Shown: positions 46,710-47,162 of the stretch, in pieces
Position numbering within the stretch: the first letter of the stretch is position 1
Layout of the letters: every line of letters starts with the position of its first letter
From: Planctomycetota bacterium
GTDB taxonomy: Bacteria > Planctomycetota > Planctomycetia > Pirellulales > UBA7805
Direction: 5' to 3'
Assembly: GCA_014237955.1 (NCBI GenBank)
Contig: JABABY010000001.1
Span: forward strand, 1 to 47,162
Length of the DNA: 47,162 bases
The notes under the pieces: model-generated
The model's input: the letters and a program-made list of their open reading frames with translations, nothing else
Told to the model about the DNA's origin: nothing
Databases searched by the model: none
Translations under genes and position numbers: made by a program

Positions 46710-47162
46710 TTATTGGCTGCCGGTTTCCACCTCCGATCCGCCTGTCAAATGAAGCGGATCCTCCCTGACATCCGGAAACATCGACGAAATAAATTCGAGT
46801 CGTTGGGGTGGCGTGTTCGGTTTACCCTCAAGATTCTCCAGTTGCTCGCGCGCCTTTTTGGCCACGGACGTCTGCGGATAACCGTCGATCACACGATTGT
46901 AGTAAAGCCTTGCTGCGTTGCTGTATCCTTTATTGGCATAAAAGTCTCCCAATTCATAATCACGCATCGCCAAATTCGTCTTAACTTGTGAATACAGTTT
47001 TTGTAACCGCTCACGATCTTCATCTGACATTTTTGGGAACTGCCGAAACGTCTGTTTAATGAGATCCTTGGCTTCTTTGAGACAGGTGCCATCGTATCGC
47101 GGCCCTTGGTAACAGCGTATTTTGGATTGAATTCCTAACAAATGCGCCTGATACTGATGCTC
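46710..47162 (-). CDS. bamD: BamD/YfiO-like TPR lipoprotein (5' end outside the window)
   Basis: The C-terminal block LAMRDYELGDFYANKGYSNAARLYYNRVIDGYPQTSVAKKAREQL parallels E. coli BamD ([42 protein letters not shown]). My translation shows the frame remains open from 47141 to the window end (..EHQYQAHLLGIQ..), so the TTG in the track is not the real start. Confidence 0.65.
   Translation of the reverse strand, partial: EHQYQAHLLGIQSKIRCYQGPRYDGTCLKEAKDLIKQTFRQFPKMSDEDRERLQKLYSQVKTNLAMRDYELGDFYANKGYSNAARLYYNRVIDGYPQTSVAKKAREQLENLEGKPNTPPQRLEFISSMFPDVREDPLHLTGGSEVETGSQ

Noticed and set aside
1-47162. Whole-window scan for CRISPR arrays, tRNA/rRNA/tmRNA/RNase P/SRP signatures, transposases, integrases, reverse transcriptases, toxin-antitoxin pairs and known defence genes
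   Set aside because: Nothing recognisable was found by eye. All intergenic gaps longer than 180 nt were read on both strands without a match to motifs I know. These gaps are 5959-6181, 9141-9427, 11572-12003, 16196-16477, 18423-18916, 30414-30849, 31963-32192, 35366-35609, 39449-39637 and 45042-45235. An Infernal/Rfam scan would be the decisive test.

Overview
This window reads as a gene-dense, mostly housekeeping chromosomal segment. It is probably from a member of the Planctomycetota. That call rests on a LEPRxLL-type secreted protein, a receptor Ser/Thr kinase with a large TPR region, mcsA/mcsB, scattered tad genes and about 50% GC, and it is an inference only.

I can support about 36 protein-coding genes:
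- Envelope and signalling: a secreted cyclophilin multidomain protein (partial at the 5' window edge), a TPR Ser/Thr kinase, TadZ/CpaE, a CpaC secretin and an NhaC antiporter.
- Core metabolism and translation: coaD, a cobA-hemD fusion, rpsT, trpE, hemL, purM, purA, uppS, cdsA, dnaE and folP.
- Protein quality control and regulation: mcsA-mcsB, a STAS protein, an ArsR-family regulator and a SpoU/TrmH methyltransferase.
- Transport: a five-gene Opp/Dpp-type peptide ABC operon.
- The phoH - 7TM-HD (PgpH-like) - ybeY - corC operon.
- Outer-membrane biogenesis: an LptE-like lipoprotein and a BamD-like protein (partial at the 3' window edge).

I found no rRNA, tRNA, CRISPR array, transposase, integrase, phage gene or recognisable defence gene.

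I do not see a convincing self-contained novel system. The observations most worth follow-up are:
- An orphan cpaC-cpaE pair whose TadZ has lost both Walker-A lysines, co-oriented with a receptor kinase.
- An mcsA/mcsB pair with no ctsR or clpC, preceded by a tandem 15-nt direct repeat.
- A roughly 145-aa internal duplication in the ectodomain of the PgpH-like protein.
- Two short intergenic tandem repeats.

Start codons were chosen by eye from family-typical N-termini and SD-like motifs, so several are uncertain by tens of bases.
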